Part shown: positions 8,365 through 16,934 of the stretch, piece after piece
Layout: each line of letters begins with the position of its first letter
Position numbering within the stretch: the first letter of the stretch is position 1
NCBI GenBank assembly: GCA_030754595.1
Contig: JASLZZ010000074.1
Location: forward strand, 1 to 23,975
DNA from: Nitrospinota bacterium
GTDB lineage: Bacteria; UBA8248
Length of the DNA: 23,975 nt
Direction: 5' to 3'
Program-made: the position numbers and the translations under genes
The notes under the pieces: model-generated
What the model was told of the DNA's origin: nothing
Database searches by the model: none
What the model saw: only the letters and a program-made list of their open reading frames with translations

Positions 8365-9560
8365 CAGCCGAGCTGGCTTACCGCCGCCCGGAGGCGCTCG
8401 ATCCCCTCCTTTACGTTTTCAAGGGATGTCGCGTAGGAAAAGCGGATGAACCGGTCGTCGCCGAACCCGGCGCCTGGTACGGCGGCGCACTGGGCCTGCT
8501 CGAGGAAGTAGATCCCTACGTCGACCGAGTTCTTGAGTTCCCCGCCCGGGCCGTGGCGTCCGAAAAGATCGCTGATGCGCGGGAAGACGTAGAACGCCCC
8601 CTTGGACATGACGACCGAGAGGCCGTCGATGGCGTTCATCCCCTCGACGATCGCCTGTCGCCGCCGGTCGTACTCGGCGATCCACCCGTTCAGGAAATCG
8701 TGCGGCCCCTCGAGAGCGGCTATCCCGCCCCACTGGGCGAAGGTGGTGGCGTTGCTCGTACTCTGGCCCTGGAGGGTGTCCATCGCCTTGACGATCTCGC
8801 GCGAGGCGCAGGTATAACCCATCCGCCATCCCGTCATGGCGTAGGTCTTTGAAAAACCGTCGAGCAGCAGCGTCCGCGCCTTCATCTCGGGCGAGAGGCT
8901 GGCGATGGAGACATGCTCCTCCCCGTCGTAGAGAATCTTGCCGTAGATCTCGTCGGAGAGAACCATCGCCTGCGGATGGGCGAGCACCTCCTCGGCGATC
9001 CCCTCGATCTCGGCGCGGGTGTATACGCACCCCGATGGGTTGCAAGGGCTGTTGATCACCACGATTTTCGTGCGCGGGGTGATAGCGGCGGCAAGCTGCT
9101 CGCGCGTCATTTTGAAACCGTTATCCTCGCTCGTCTCGACGGCGACCACCTTCGCCCCGGTCAGCGTCGCCACCGGCTCATAGGCCACCCAGATCGGCGC
9201 CGGGATCACGATCTCATCACCTTCCTCGAGGAGGACATGGAGCGCGTTGAAGACCGACTGTTTTCCGCCGACGGTGACGACGACCTCGTCGGGCTCGTAG
9301 GCGACTCCTTTGTTCTCGGCCACCCAGCCGCAAATCGCTTTCCGGAGGGGCAAGACTCCGCTCACCGGCGTGTATTTCGTCTTGCCCTCGCGCAGGGCTT
9401 TCGCGGCGGCTTCCTTGATGTGATCGGGGGTGTCGAAATCCGGCTCTCCGGCGGCGAAAGAGATTACGTCCACCCCCTGCTCGCGCAGTTCGGCGGCCTT
9501 GGTGTTCATGGCGAGGGTGGGGATTGGGGGCAACTTGCCCATACGCGATGCGAACTTCAT
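8364..9560 (-). CDS. aspC: PLP-dependent class I/II aminotransferase (aspartate aminotransferase type)
   Basis: GEPDFDTP, TKYT, GGKQ, NSPCNPSG, SDEIY, GFSKTYAMTGWRMGY (PLP lysine), GAFYVFP, IRFSYATS. Confidence 0.93.
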   Translation of the reverse strand: MKFASRMGKLPPIPTLAMNTKAAELREQGVDVISFAAGEPDFDTPDHIKEAAAKALREGKTKYTPVSGVLPLRKAICGWVAENKGVAYEPDEVVVTVGGKQSVFNALHVLLEEGDEIVIPAPIWVAYEPVATLTGAKVVAVETSEDNGFKMTREQLAAAITPRTKIVVINSPCNPSGCVYTRAEIEGIAEEVLAHPQAMVLSDEIYGKILYDGEEHVSIASLSPEMKARTLLLDGFSKTYAMTGWRMGYTCASREIVKAMDTLQGQSTSNATTFAQWGGIAALEGPHDFLNGWIAEYDRRRQAIVEGMNAIDGLSVVMSKGAFYVFPRISDLFGRHGPGGELKNSVDVGIYFLEQAQCAAVPGAGFGDDRFIRFSYATSLENVKEGIERLRAAVSQLG

Positions 9561-9576
9561 GAGAGGACTCCCGGAC

Positions 9577-10068
9577 CTAGTTGGATGGTTTGAAGCGGAC
9601 GGTGAGCGCCTCGAACACTTTCGAGGGAACGAGGTGGCTCACGTCGCCGCCGAATGAGGCAACTTCCTTGACGAGACTCGAACTGAGGAAACTGTACTGC
9701 TCGCTGGGCATCAGGAACAAGGTCTCGATCTTGTCGTTGAGCTGCCGGTTCATGAGCGTCATCTGGAATTCGTAGTCGAAATCGCTCACCGCCCGCATGC
9801 CGCGAATAATGACGTTCACCCCGAGATCGGCGGCGAAATCGACCAGGAGCCGCTTCTCGAACCCCACGATTTCGAGATTCTCGAGGTCCCCCAACTCGTC
9901 GAGAAAAAACTTTTTCCGCTCCTCGAAGGAGAAGAGCGGGGTCTTGTCCGGGTTCAGCGTAACGGCGACGAACACCTTGTCGAAAATCCGGAGGCTTCTC
10001 TGGATAACGTCGATATGCCCGTTCGTAGGAGGATCGAAGGTTCCGGGATAGACCGCCTGACGCACCAT
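9577..10068 (-). CDS. coaD: Pantetheine-phosphate adenylyltransferase
   Basis: AVYPGTFDPPTNGHIDV, K.PLFS.EER, IIRGMRAVSDFDYE, SFLSSSLVKEVA. Confidence 0.97.
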   Translation of the reverse strand: MVRQAVYPGTFDPPTNGHIDVIQRSLRIFDKVFVAVTLNPDKTPLFSFEERKKFFLDELGDLENLEIVGFEKRLLVDFAADLGVNVIIRGMRAVSDFDYEFQMTLMNRQLNDKIETLFLMPSEQYSFLSSSLVKEVASFGGDVSHLVPSKVFEALTVRFKPSN

Positions 10069-10237
10069 ATGATTTCAGACCTTTTCCGTGATTCGAGCGG
10101 ATCAGGGATATAAAATCTCATGCCGGAAACGGAGCAAACTAGTCTTTTCCCGAGCGTTGTGTCAACTTGCCGGTGCCCCTGAACTAACGCCCCCTCGGAG
10201 CCGCAACGCCGATTCCCAACTTCAGGAGAGACTACCG

Positions 10238-11119
10238 TTGGAACTCTTCCCGCTCGGTCTCGTCCTGATATCGGCTCTCCTGCACGCAAGCTGGAACTAC
10301 TTCGCCAAGGGAAACGACGACCCGCCCGCCATGATTTGGTGCGTGATGACCGCCTCGCTTCTCGTCTATGCCCCGATCTTCCTCAACCGGCTCCCGGGCG
10401 CCCGCTTCGCGCCGGATGCATGGATCTACATCCTGGCCACCGGTATTCTCCATGCGTTCTATATTTCCACTCTGGGAATCGCCTACCAGACCGGGGAACT
10501 CTCGAAGGTCTATCCGCTGGCGCGGGGCTCGGCCCCTCTCATGACGGCAGGAACGGCGGCCCTTTTCCTGGGCGAGCGGATATCCCCGGCGGGCGGCCTG
10601 GCGATATTTATCGTTGTCGGCGGAATATTCGTCTCCCACCTCGAGCCCGGCGAGGACAGAGGCTGGCACCTCCCCTTCCGGCGGGGGAGCGGGGCCGCCG
10701 TCCGGTGGGCGCTGGCCACGGGAATGATGGCGGCCCTCTATTCCGTCGTGGACAAAGTGGGCGTCACCCGGGTATCTCCTGAAATCTACATTTACCTCAT
10801 GTTCGTATTGACCTGTTTGCTCCTCGCCCCCGTTTACCTTACGGGCTCGCGCGCCGCCCTGGTCCGGTCGAACTTCAAAGACGGGAAATCGATATTCCAC
10901 GTCCTATTGGCCGGCGCGTTCATGATGGGGTCCTACGGTCTGTTATTGTTCGCCCTTCAAATGAGCAAGGTGAGCTACGTAGTCGCGGCCCGGGGGGTGA
11001 GCGTTATTCTCGCCGCCGGGCTCGGCGTCTTCCTCCTGAAGGAAAGCGGACAGCGCCAGAAGTTGATCGGCGCCGCCCTCGTCGCGGCGGGTCTGGTTAT
11101 TCTCGCGCTGACGAGGTAG
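10238..11119 (+). CDS. EamA/DMT family transporter
   Basis: ALLHASWNYFAK, GELSKVYPLARGSAP, YSVVDKVGV, SYVVAAR and LKES motifs, about 10 TM segments; start placed at TTG 10238 after AGGAGAG. Confidence 0.88.
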   Translation: MELFPLGLVLISALLHASWNYFAKGNDDPPAMIWCVMTASLLVYAPIFLNRLPGARFAPDAWIYILATGILHAFYISTLGIAYQTGELSKVYPLARGSAPLMTAGTAALFLGERISPAGGLAIFIVVGGIFVSHLEPGEDRGWHLPFRRGSGAAVRWALATGMMAALYSVVDKVGVTRVSPEIYIYLMFVLTCLLLAPVYLTGSRAALVRSNFKDGKSIFHVLLAGAFMMGSYGLLLFALQMSKVSYVVAARGVSVILAAGLGVFLLKESGQRQKLIGAALVAAGLVILALTR

Positions 11120-11132
11120 ACGGCTCGCCGCC

Positions 11133-11690
11133 TCAACCCTTCTTCAGCACCTCGCGGACCATGTGGCTGATCTCGGGGAGAATGATCTTCTCCATGCCGG
11201 TGCGGCAAGCGTTCCCGGAGCCGGGAAGGGTCATGATGATAGTGCCCCGGCAGGTGCCGGCGGTGGCGCGGGTGAGGATCGAAGCGGTGCCGATGTCGAG
11301 ATAGCTCAGGTAGCGGAACAACTCGCCGAAGCCGCGCATCTCTTTTTCGATCATCGAGAGGGCGACGTCATAGGTCGTGTCGCGGGGGGTGATGCCGGTC
11401 CCACCGTTGGTGATGACGACCTGGACCTCGGGGTCGCCGCATGCCTCCTCAAGCGCTCCGCGTATCTGGCCGGCGTCGTCCTTGACGATTCGCGTGAAGG
11501 CGACCCGGTGACCGTGGTCGGCGAGCATGTTGGCGATGAGTTTTCCGCTCGAGTCGGTCTCCTCGGTGCGCGTGTCGCTCACCGTGACGACGACGCAGAC
11601 GACGGCGTCCGGGCCCTCGGCCCGGTGCTCTTCAAAGGTTTTCTTCTCCGCGGCGGCGGCGACTTCATCGCGAGATGGGCCCTGGCTCAT
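11133..11690 (-). CDS. moaB: MogA/MoaB family molybdenum cofactor biosynthesis protein
   Basis: VTVSDTRTEETDSSG, IVKDD, TNGGTGITPRDTT, GFGELFR, TRATAG, LPGS; start placed at ATG 11690 after GAGGA. Confidence 0.92.
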   Translation of the reverse strand: MSQGPSRDEVAAAAEKKTFEEHRAEGPDAVVCVVVTVSDTRTEETDSSGKLIANMLADHGHRVAFTRIVKDDAGQIRGALEEACGDPEVQVVITNGGTGITPRDTTYDVALSMIEKEMRGFGELFRYLSYLDIGTASILTRATAGTCRGTIIMTLPGSGNACRTGMEKIILPEISHMVREVLKKG

Positions 11691-12069
11691 GGTCGGCTCG
11701 TCCTCGATTCCGGCAAATTGGGATTCCGTCAAACGGGTAGGCCCGCTGACGGGGCGGTTTGTTTCCTGAAGCCCCAAACCTAGCCGAACCGCCGCCGGCG
11801 GGCAACGTCCGAGGCCCCGGCGGATTCTGTTGTCTCCGGGGTTACACGCCCGATTTTCGGCGTTTTTCGCGGTTTTCGTGAAATCAACCCACCCGCCCGG
11901 TTGTTTGACATGATGGGAGGTTATCAATCCGGATTTCGGATGAAAAAAGCAATATTGTGAGGCGGGCCACTATAAATCGTCAAAATGATGGAACATTCAG
12001 CCCGGATTTAGTGTCTAATGACGTGTGTGCGGAGTTTTGCCGCTGGACGATTGGGATGGAGGCGAAAAA

Positions 12070-12651
12070 ATGACCCTGAAAACCGCTCTTCGCTCCTCGG
12101 TGTTGGGAGCGGCGATATTTCTTCTGGCCGCCGGTTCGGCCAAGGCGTTTCTTCCGTTTATTCTTCCGCCCCAGGAGGGGCCGGTCGGCAAGGCCCACGA
12201 GCCCGTCATCGAGGCGGTCTCCGCCCAGAAGGAAATCGGCATCGGCCAGCTGTGGAAGATTTACATCCGCGCCTCGGATCCGGACGGCGACGTGGACAAG
12301 ATTTATGTCTCTTTCTCCCAGCTGGGCGTCAGCTACATCGCCCTCCCACTTCTGCTCGACCGGCCGGTGAAGAAGATCCAGGGAGCCGTTCTGACCTGGA
12401 CGACGCTCGCGAGCACCAGCACCCAAACGGGTGTCATCTACGCCAGCGCCGAGGTGCGGGTGGAGGATCGCGCCGGGAACGTGAGCGACTCGAAAACCTT
12501 CGAGTTCATCCTCGACCCCTACGGGCCCAAGGACAAGTTCGCCCCGCCCGCGGCCCTCGCCGAGGGCCCGGTTTACGGCCAGGTGGACTTTCCGATTCGC
12601 TCCGAGGACGAGCTGGGCACTGACGGCGAGGACGATCGCCCGGAGAATTAA
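12070..12651 (+). CDS. Secreted hypothetical protein, probable Ig-like beta-sandwich
   Basis: GGAGG SD; Sec signal peptide ending in AKA; ASDPDGD and VEDRAGNVS motifs typical of bacterial Ig/cadherin-like domains; followed by a strong terminator. Confidence 0.75.
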   Translation: MTLKTALRSSVLGAAIFLLAAGSAKAFLPFILPPQEGPVGKAHEPVIEAVSAQKEIGIGQLWKIYIRASDPDGDVDKIYVSFSQLGVSYIALPLLLDRPVKKIQGAVLTWTTLASTSTQTGVIYASAEVRVEDRAGNVSDSKTFEFILDPYGPKDKFAPPAALAEGPVYGQVDFPIRSEDELGTDGEDDRPEN

Positions 12652-12689
12652 CACGCAGGTAATCAACACACAACTGGGCAAGGGACGTG

Positions 12690-12728
12690 AAAAAAGAGGG
12701 GGAGCTGCCGGCTCCCCCTCTTTTTTTT
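12690..12728. terminator. Bidirectional rho-independent terminator
   Basis: AAAAAAGAGGGGGAGC-TGCCG-GCTCCCCCTCTTTTTTTT perfect inverted repeat with A and T tracts, between convergent genes. Confidence 0.92.
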
Positions 12729-12741
12729 ACCCGAATTTCCG

Positions 12742-13956
12742 CTAGCGCGTCCGCCCGGTCGAGGTGTCGAGGGGGTGGACGTCGGTAACGAGGCGCTCGT
12801 CGTAGGGATAGGGCGTGTAGATGTCAGGCCCCTCCTTGGTCACGACGACGTTGTTCTCCAGCCGGAAGCCGCCGACTCCCACCTTGCCCGCGTAGGGCTC
12901 GAGGTTGAAGGTCATCCCCGCTTCGAGTTCGAGGGGATCGTCGTAGGCCGCCGGGCTGAAGTAGGGAAGCTCCCAGGGGTTCGTCCCCGAGCCGTGCCCC
13001 AGGCTGTCGAGGACGTAGGGCTCGGCCGCCTTGTAAACGTCGAGGGTGGTGTTGCCCACTTTCGAGGCCCCGCTTGAGTCCCACACCGCGTTATAGCTGT
13101 TCATGTGCCACTCGATCTGCTCTGCGGTAGGGGCGATGTCGCCGCAGATCCAGGTCCGGGTGAAGTCGCCCCAGTAGCCGTTGAAGCAGGCGCCGATGTC
13201 GATGATGACGGGGTCGCCCGTGCGGATGATGCGATCCGAGGTCAACCGCCGGTAGGGCGCAGTGTAGGGGCCCGAGCAGACGATGTTGGCGCACTGGGTC
13301 CACTCGCTGCCGAGGGCGGTCATCGTCTGCCAGGCGACGGAGAGCACCTCACACTCCTTCACTCCCGGCTTCAGGAAGTCGAGCGCGGCCTCCATCGCCG
13401 CCTCGGTGAATACCGTCGCCGCCTTGAGGCACTGGATCTCGTCCTGGGTCTTGATGACCTTCGCCTTCATCAAGACCTCGTAGCCGTCCACGAACTCGGT
13501 CTTGGGGAAGGCCTCCTTGATACGCGCCTCGATCGACGGGCTCCAGAGATCGACGCCCACTTTTTTTCCGTCGAGGTTGCCGATGAGCCCCTCCACCCGG
13601 TTGGCCCAGTCCCGCACCGCCGAGATGTCGCGGAGGTTCGCCCGCTTCTGAATCTGCTCGGAATCGAGCCAAGTCATCCGGGCGTGAACATGGTCGTCGT
13701 CCATGCTGAAGATATAGGGTTCGCCCCCCTTGGCCAGGACGCAGGCCGCCATGCCGAGCGAGGCCGTCGGATGCAGGTGGGACCGGAACCCCGTCAGGTA
13801 GCGGCAGTCCTCCGTCCGAAAAACGAAGAGAGCGTCAACGTCCGAAGCGTTCAGCGCGTCCTTCGCCCGCTGGAGGCGCTCCCTGCGCATCCTTCCGAAA
13901 TCGATTCGCTCCTCCCAGTCCACTCCCATCAAACCGTGATCGCCGAGATCCGCCAT
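12742..13956 (-). CDS. M24 (Xaa-Pro peptidase/creatinase fold) family metallohydrolase
   Basis: Creatinase-like N-terminal domain; IKTQDEI; metal ligands in IDIG, GDFTRT, LGHG, NLEP and RLENN. Confidence 0.92.
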   Translation of the reverse strand: MADLGDHGLMGVDWEERIDFGRMRRERLQRAKDALNASDVDALFVFRTEDCRYLTGFRSHLHPTASLGMAACVLAKGGEPYIFSMDDDHVHARMTWLDSEQIQKRANLRDISAVRDWANRVEGLIGNLDGKKVGVDLWSPSIEARIKEAFPKTEFVDGYEVLMKAKVIKTQDEIQCLKAATVFTEAAMEAALDFLKPGVKECEVLSVAWQTMTALGSEWTQCANIVCSGPYTAPYRRLTSDRIIRTGDPVIIDIGACFNGYWGDFTRTWICGDIAPTAEQIEWHMNSYNAVWDSSGASKVGNTTLDVYKAAEPYVLDSLGHGSGTNPWELPYFSPAAYDDPLELEAGMTFNLEPYAGKVGVGGFRLENNVVVTKEGPDIYTPYPYDERLVTDVHPLDTSTGRTR

Positions 13957-14030
13957 TTTCCTCTTTCTCCCGATTCAGAAATGAATAAGTGCCGCGGCGG
14001 CTCCGCGTACCGGAACCCGCCGCCCCCCTG

Positions 14031-14039
14031 TGCTAGAAT
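14031..14039 (+). promoter_or_regulatory. Extended -10 element TGcTAGAAT for the 14082-16908 gene run
   Basis: TGCTAGAAT about 42 nt upstream of ATG 14082 in a divergent intergenic region. Confidence 0.5.
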
Positions 14040-14081
14040 CGCAATGCTAACCCATCCATTTCGATCAAAGAAGGCCGGGAG

Positions 14082-14855
14082 ATGAAAAAATCCGTTTTTC
14101 TCATTCTCCTGCTCGGGGCATTTGTCCTCCCGGCCGCGCCGGCCGGCGCCGTCCACATCCGCGTCGCCCAGGAATCCCGCCCCGGTGTGGGTGATTTCGA
14201 CCGGAACATCCTGGGCTACATCGAACCCTACTTCGAGAAGGAGAAGGCGGCCAGCGAGTTCTACTCCTACGAAGAGGTTTCCTTTTACTCCTTCAACGGG
14301 CCCCACCCCCGGCTCCGGGCGGACACCTCGCACCTGTTTTTCGTCACCACGAAAGAGGGCCTTTCCCTGTTCATCGTCCACGACATGCCCAACGACCCTG
14401 ACGACGGGAGGGCGATCATGCGCCTCCGGGTGGGGGGCGACCCCGACGGTGTCCGCGTCCTGGTCTTCGACGATCCCTACAGCGAGTGGGACTTCTTCAA
14501 GGCCTCCCCCGGCGGGCGGGAGATCCGCACCTGGCACCGGTGGTTCCCCTGCTGTACGGACGGGCTCGCTCTGGGCTCCCTCGATGGGGGATGGAAAGTG
14601 TTTCTTGAATTTCCCGCCGCCGACGCCCTGACCGGAGAGCCGACTTTTACTGGCCTCAAGCACTGGAAAGCCTTCTCGGCCGGGGAGGAGAAACTGGCCC
14701 TCGGACTGAAAAAGGGGCGGCGCGTCCGCCTCAACCCGCTAGGCCCTTTGGTCAAAGGGCCGCCTGTCGAAGACCCGCTGGTCAAAGAACCCTTCGCGCC
14801 GGGCGGCGACCGCCCTCTCAACCGTTTATACGCACTCAAAGGGGAAACACGATGA
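14082..14855 (+). CDS. Secreted hypothetical protein with a WFPCCTDG motif
   Basis: Sec signal peptide MKKSVFLILLLGAFVLPAAPAGA; host-like codon usage; ATGA overlap with the next gene. Confidence 0.8.
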   Translation: MKKSVFLILLLGAFVLPAAPAGAVHIRVAQESRPGVGDFDRNILGYIEPYFEKEKAASEFYSYEEVSFYSFNGPHPRLRADTSHLFFVTTKEGLSLFIVHDMPNDPDDGRAIMRLRVGGDPDGVRVLVFDDPYSEWDFFKASPGGREIRTWHRWFPCCTDGLALGSLDGGWKVFLEFPAADALTGEPTFTGLKHWKAFSAGEEKLALGLKKGRRVRLNPLGPLVKGPPVEDPLVKEPFAPGGDRPLNRLYALKGETR

Positions 14856-15886
14856 AAGCGATGGTTCTTCAGGAAAAAAACGCGCCCTTCGTGATGGAGG
14901 AGCGCCCCGACCCTGTCCCCGGCCCCGGAGAGGCCGTCGCCCGGGTGTTCGCCTGCGGCTCGGGCCTCACTATCCACCACGCCCGCGCAGGCCGCGCCCA
15001 GGTGAATTATCCGGTGATCATCGGCCACGAGGTCCTGGGCGAGATAACAGCGGTGGGCGAGGGCGTGGCCCGGCTCTCCGAGGGCGACCCGGTCACCATG
15101 CACTGCTATCTAACGTGCGGCCATTGCCATTGGTGCCGGACCGACCGTGAGGCCCTATGCGATAACCTGGCGGGCTTCGTCGGGCGGCACATGGACGGCG
15201 GCTACGCCGAGTACATCAAGCTGCCCGCCCGAAATTTCATCCCCATCCCGGAGAGCCTCGACTACAAAGCCCACCCGGCCGAGGTCGCCGTCATCTGCGA
15301 CGCCATCGTCACCCCTTACAAGGTGGTGCGCCGCGCCCGCATCCAACCCCTCGAAACGGTGGCCGTCTTCGGAGCCGGAGGCGGGGTCGGCATCCACATG
15401 GTCATGCTCGCCCGCTGGGCCCACGCCCGCGTCGTCGCCATCGATATCCTCCCCGAGAAGCTGGAAAAATGCCGGGAATTCGGGGCCGAAGCCGCCATCG
15501 ATGCCTCGAGGGAAAACGTGGCCGAGGCCTTGGCCGAGTTCACCGGAGGGCGGGGACTCGATGTCGTCATCGATTTCGTATCGGCCCCCTCCACCCTGGA
15601 GGCGGGGACCAAGGCCCTCGGCCGGGGAGGCCGCCTCGTCACCCTGGGAGGCAACACCCCCGAACCCTTCCGGGTGTCGGCCGGGGAAATGCTTGCGAAG
15701 GAACTCGAACTCCTCGGCAGCCGCTCCTTCACCAAACAAGAGATCATGGACTCGCTCGAACTCGTCGGCCGCGGCGATGTCTGGCCCCATGTGACCGAAA
15801 TCTACAAGCTCGAGGAAGCCGAAAAAGTCCATTACCGCCTCGAGGCCGGCCTTATTACCGGGCGGGCGGCGATCGTGATGGACTAA
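14852..15886 (+). CDS. Medium-chain (Zn-binding) dehydrogenase/reductase, alcohol dehydrogenase-like
   Basis: YPVIIGHEVLG, structural Zn motif CGHCHWC...C, GGYAEY, GAGGGVG Rossmann motif, C-terminal GRAAIV. Confidence 0.92.
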   Translation: MKAMVLQEKNAPFVMEERPDPVPGPGEAVARVFACGSGLTIHHARAGRAQVNYPVIIGHEVLGEITAVGEGVARLSEGDPVTMHCYLTCGHCHWCRTDREALCDNLAGFVGRHMDGGYAEYIKLPARNFIPIPESLDYKAHPAEVAVICDAIVTPYKVVRRARIQPLETVAVFGAGGGVGIHMVMLARWAHARVVAIDILPEKLEKCREFGAEAAIDASRENVAEALAEFTGGRGLDVVIDFVSAPSTLEAGTKALGRGGRLVTLGGNTPEPFRVSAGEMLAKELELLGSRSFTKQEIMDSLELVGRGDVWPHVTEIYKLEEAEKVHYRLEAGLITGRAAIVMD

Positions 15887-15924
15887 CTCCGCCAAGAGCC
15901 GTAGCCGGGCCCGAGGCGGGCAGA

Positions 15925-15958
15925 CGGATGATCCGTTTCTGTCCGGATGATCCGTTTC
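15925..15958 (+). repeat. Tandem 15-bp direct repeat CGGATGATCCGTTTC, two copies 19 bp apart
   Basis: Exact copies at 15925-15939 and 15944-15958; each contains the dyad CGGAT-G-ATCCG. Confidence 0.8.
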
Positions 15959-15978
15959 GGTGAAAAGGGGAGATCAAG

Positions 15979-16908
15979 ATGAGCGGCAAGATAAAGCTTT
16001 TAACCTGGCCGGATTTTCCGGATGATTTTTCGGTGTGGAAGCTCAACCCCACCGGCGCCCACCTCGAAACCAATGAACTCGCGCCGGGCGTCTATGCCCT
16101 GCTCTCCTCCATTCCGGGGGTGGACAATGCCGGGTTCGTGGTGGGCGAGCGCGGTGTATTGGTGATCGACGCCCACATCTGCGTCCCGATGGCGAAGCAG
16201 ATCCAGGAGCGCGTGCGCGAGGTGACGGACAAGCCCATCATCTACCTCGTGAACTCGAACTACCACGGGGACCACACTTTCGGAAACTGCGCCTTCCCCG
16301 CCGAAACGCTCGTCGTCCAACACCGGCGCACGGCCGAGATCGTTCCCTACTTCGACGAGGAGATCGCCTTCATGACCCCGTGCGTGGGGGGCGACCGGGA
16401 AATATTCGAGGGGGTGACACTCCGGCTGCCCGATATCGTGTTCGACGACTACCTCCGGCTCGACCTGGGCGGCCGGGTGGTGGAGTGTCACTATTTCGGC
16501 CCCGCCAATACCCCCGGCGACACCATCACCTATGTCCCCGAGGCGAAGGCCGCCTGGACGGGGAACATGACGGGCGGAATGTTCGGCCTCGGCCTCGAAA
16601 CCGACGCGGCAACTTTCCTGGGCACCCTCACCCGCTTCGTTCAGAGGCTCGAGAACGAGACCCTCATCCCCGCCCACAGGCCACCCGCCGGGCCCGAGCT
16701 CCTCGGGGACTACCTCGTCTACTTCAGCGAGGTGACCGGCGAGGTGCGAAAAGCCATCAGCGCCGGATGCTCGCTCGAGGAAACCCTCGGCCGGGTGGTC
16801 CAGAGCGAGAGGTTCTCGCTCCCGGCCGGCGACCCCAACGCCGCCGTCATGACCGGCCGCCACCGGTACAATGTCCAGAGAACCTATCTGGCGATGGCGG
16901 GACAATAG
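15979..16908 (+). CDS. MBL-fold protein (cyclase/glyoxylase-like subfamily) with atypical metal ligands
   Basis: NAGFVVGERGVLVID, VNSNYHGDHTFGN, PDIVF...LDLGGR.VE, TPGD and LIPAH motifs; GGGGAG SD. Confidence 0.9.
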   Translation: MSGKIKLLTWPDFPDDFSVWKLNPTGAHLETNELAPGVYALLSSIPGVDNAGFVVGERGVLVIDAHICVPMAKQIQERVREVTDKPIIYLVNSNYHGDHTFGNCAFPAETLVVQHRRTAEIVPYFDEEIAFMTPCVGGDREIFEGVTLRLPDIVFDDYLRLDLGGRVVECHYFGPANTPGDTITYVPEAKAAWTGNMTGGMFGLGLETDAATFLGTLTRFVQRLENETLIPAHRPPAGPELLGDYLVYFSEVTGEVRKAISAGCSLEETLGRVVQSERFSLPAGDPNAAVMTGRHRYNVQRTYLAMAGQ

Positions 16909-16934
16909 GAAAACTTGCCGATCTTGCCGCATAC

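Noticed and set aside
15925..15958. Direct repeat as a mini-CRISPR array
   Set aside because: Repeats are only 15 bp with a 4-bp spacer, and there are no cas genes in the window
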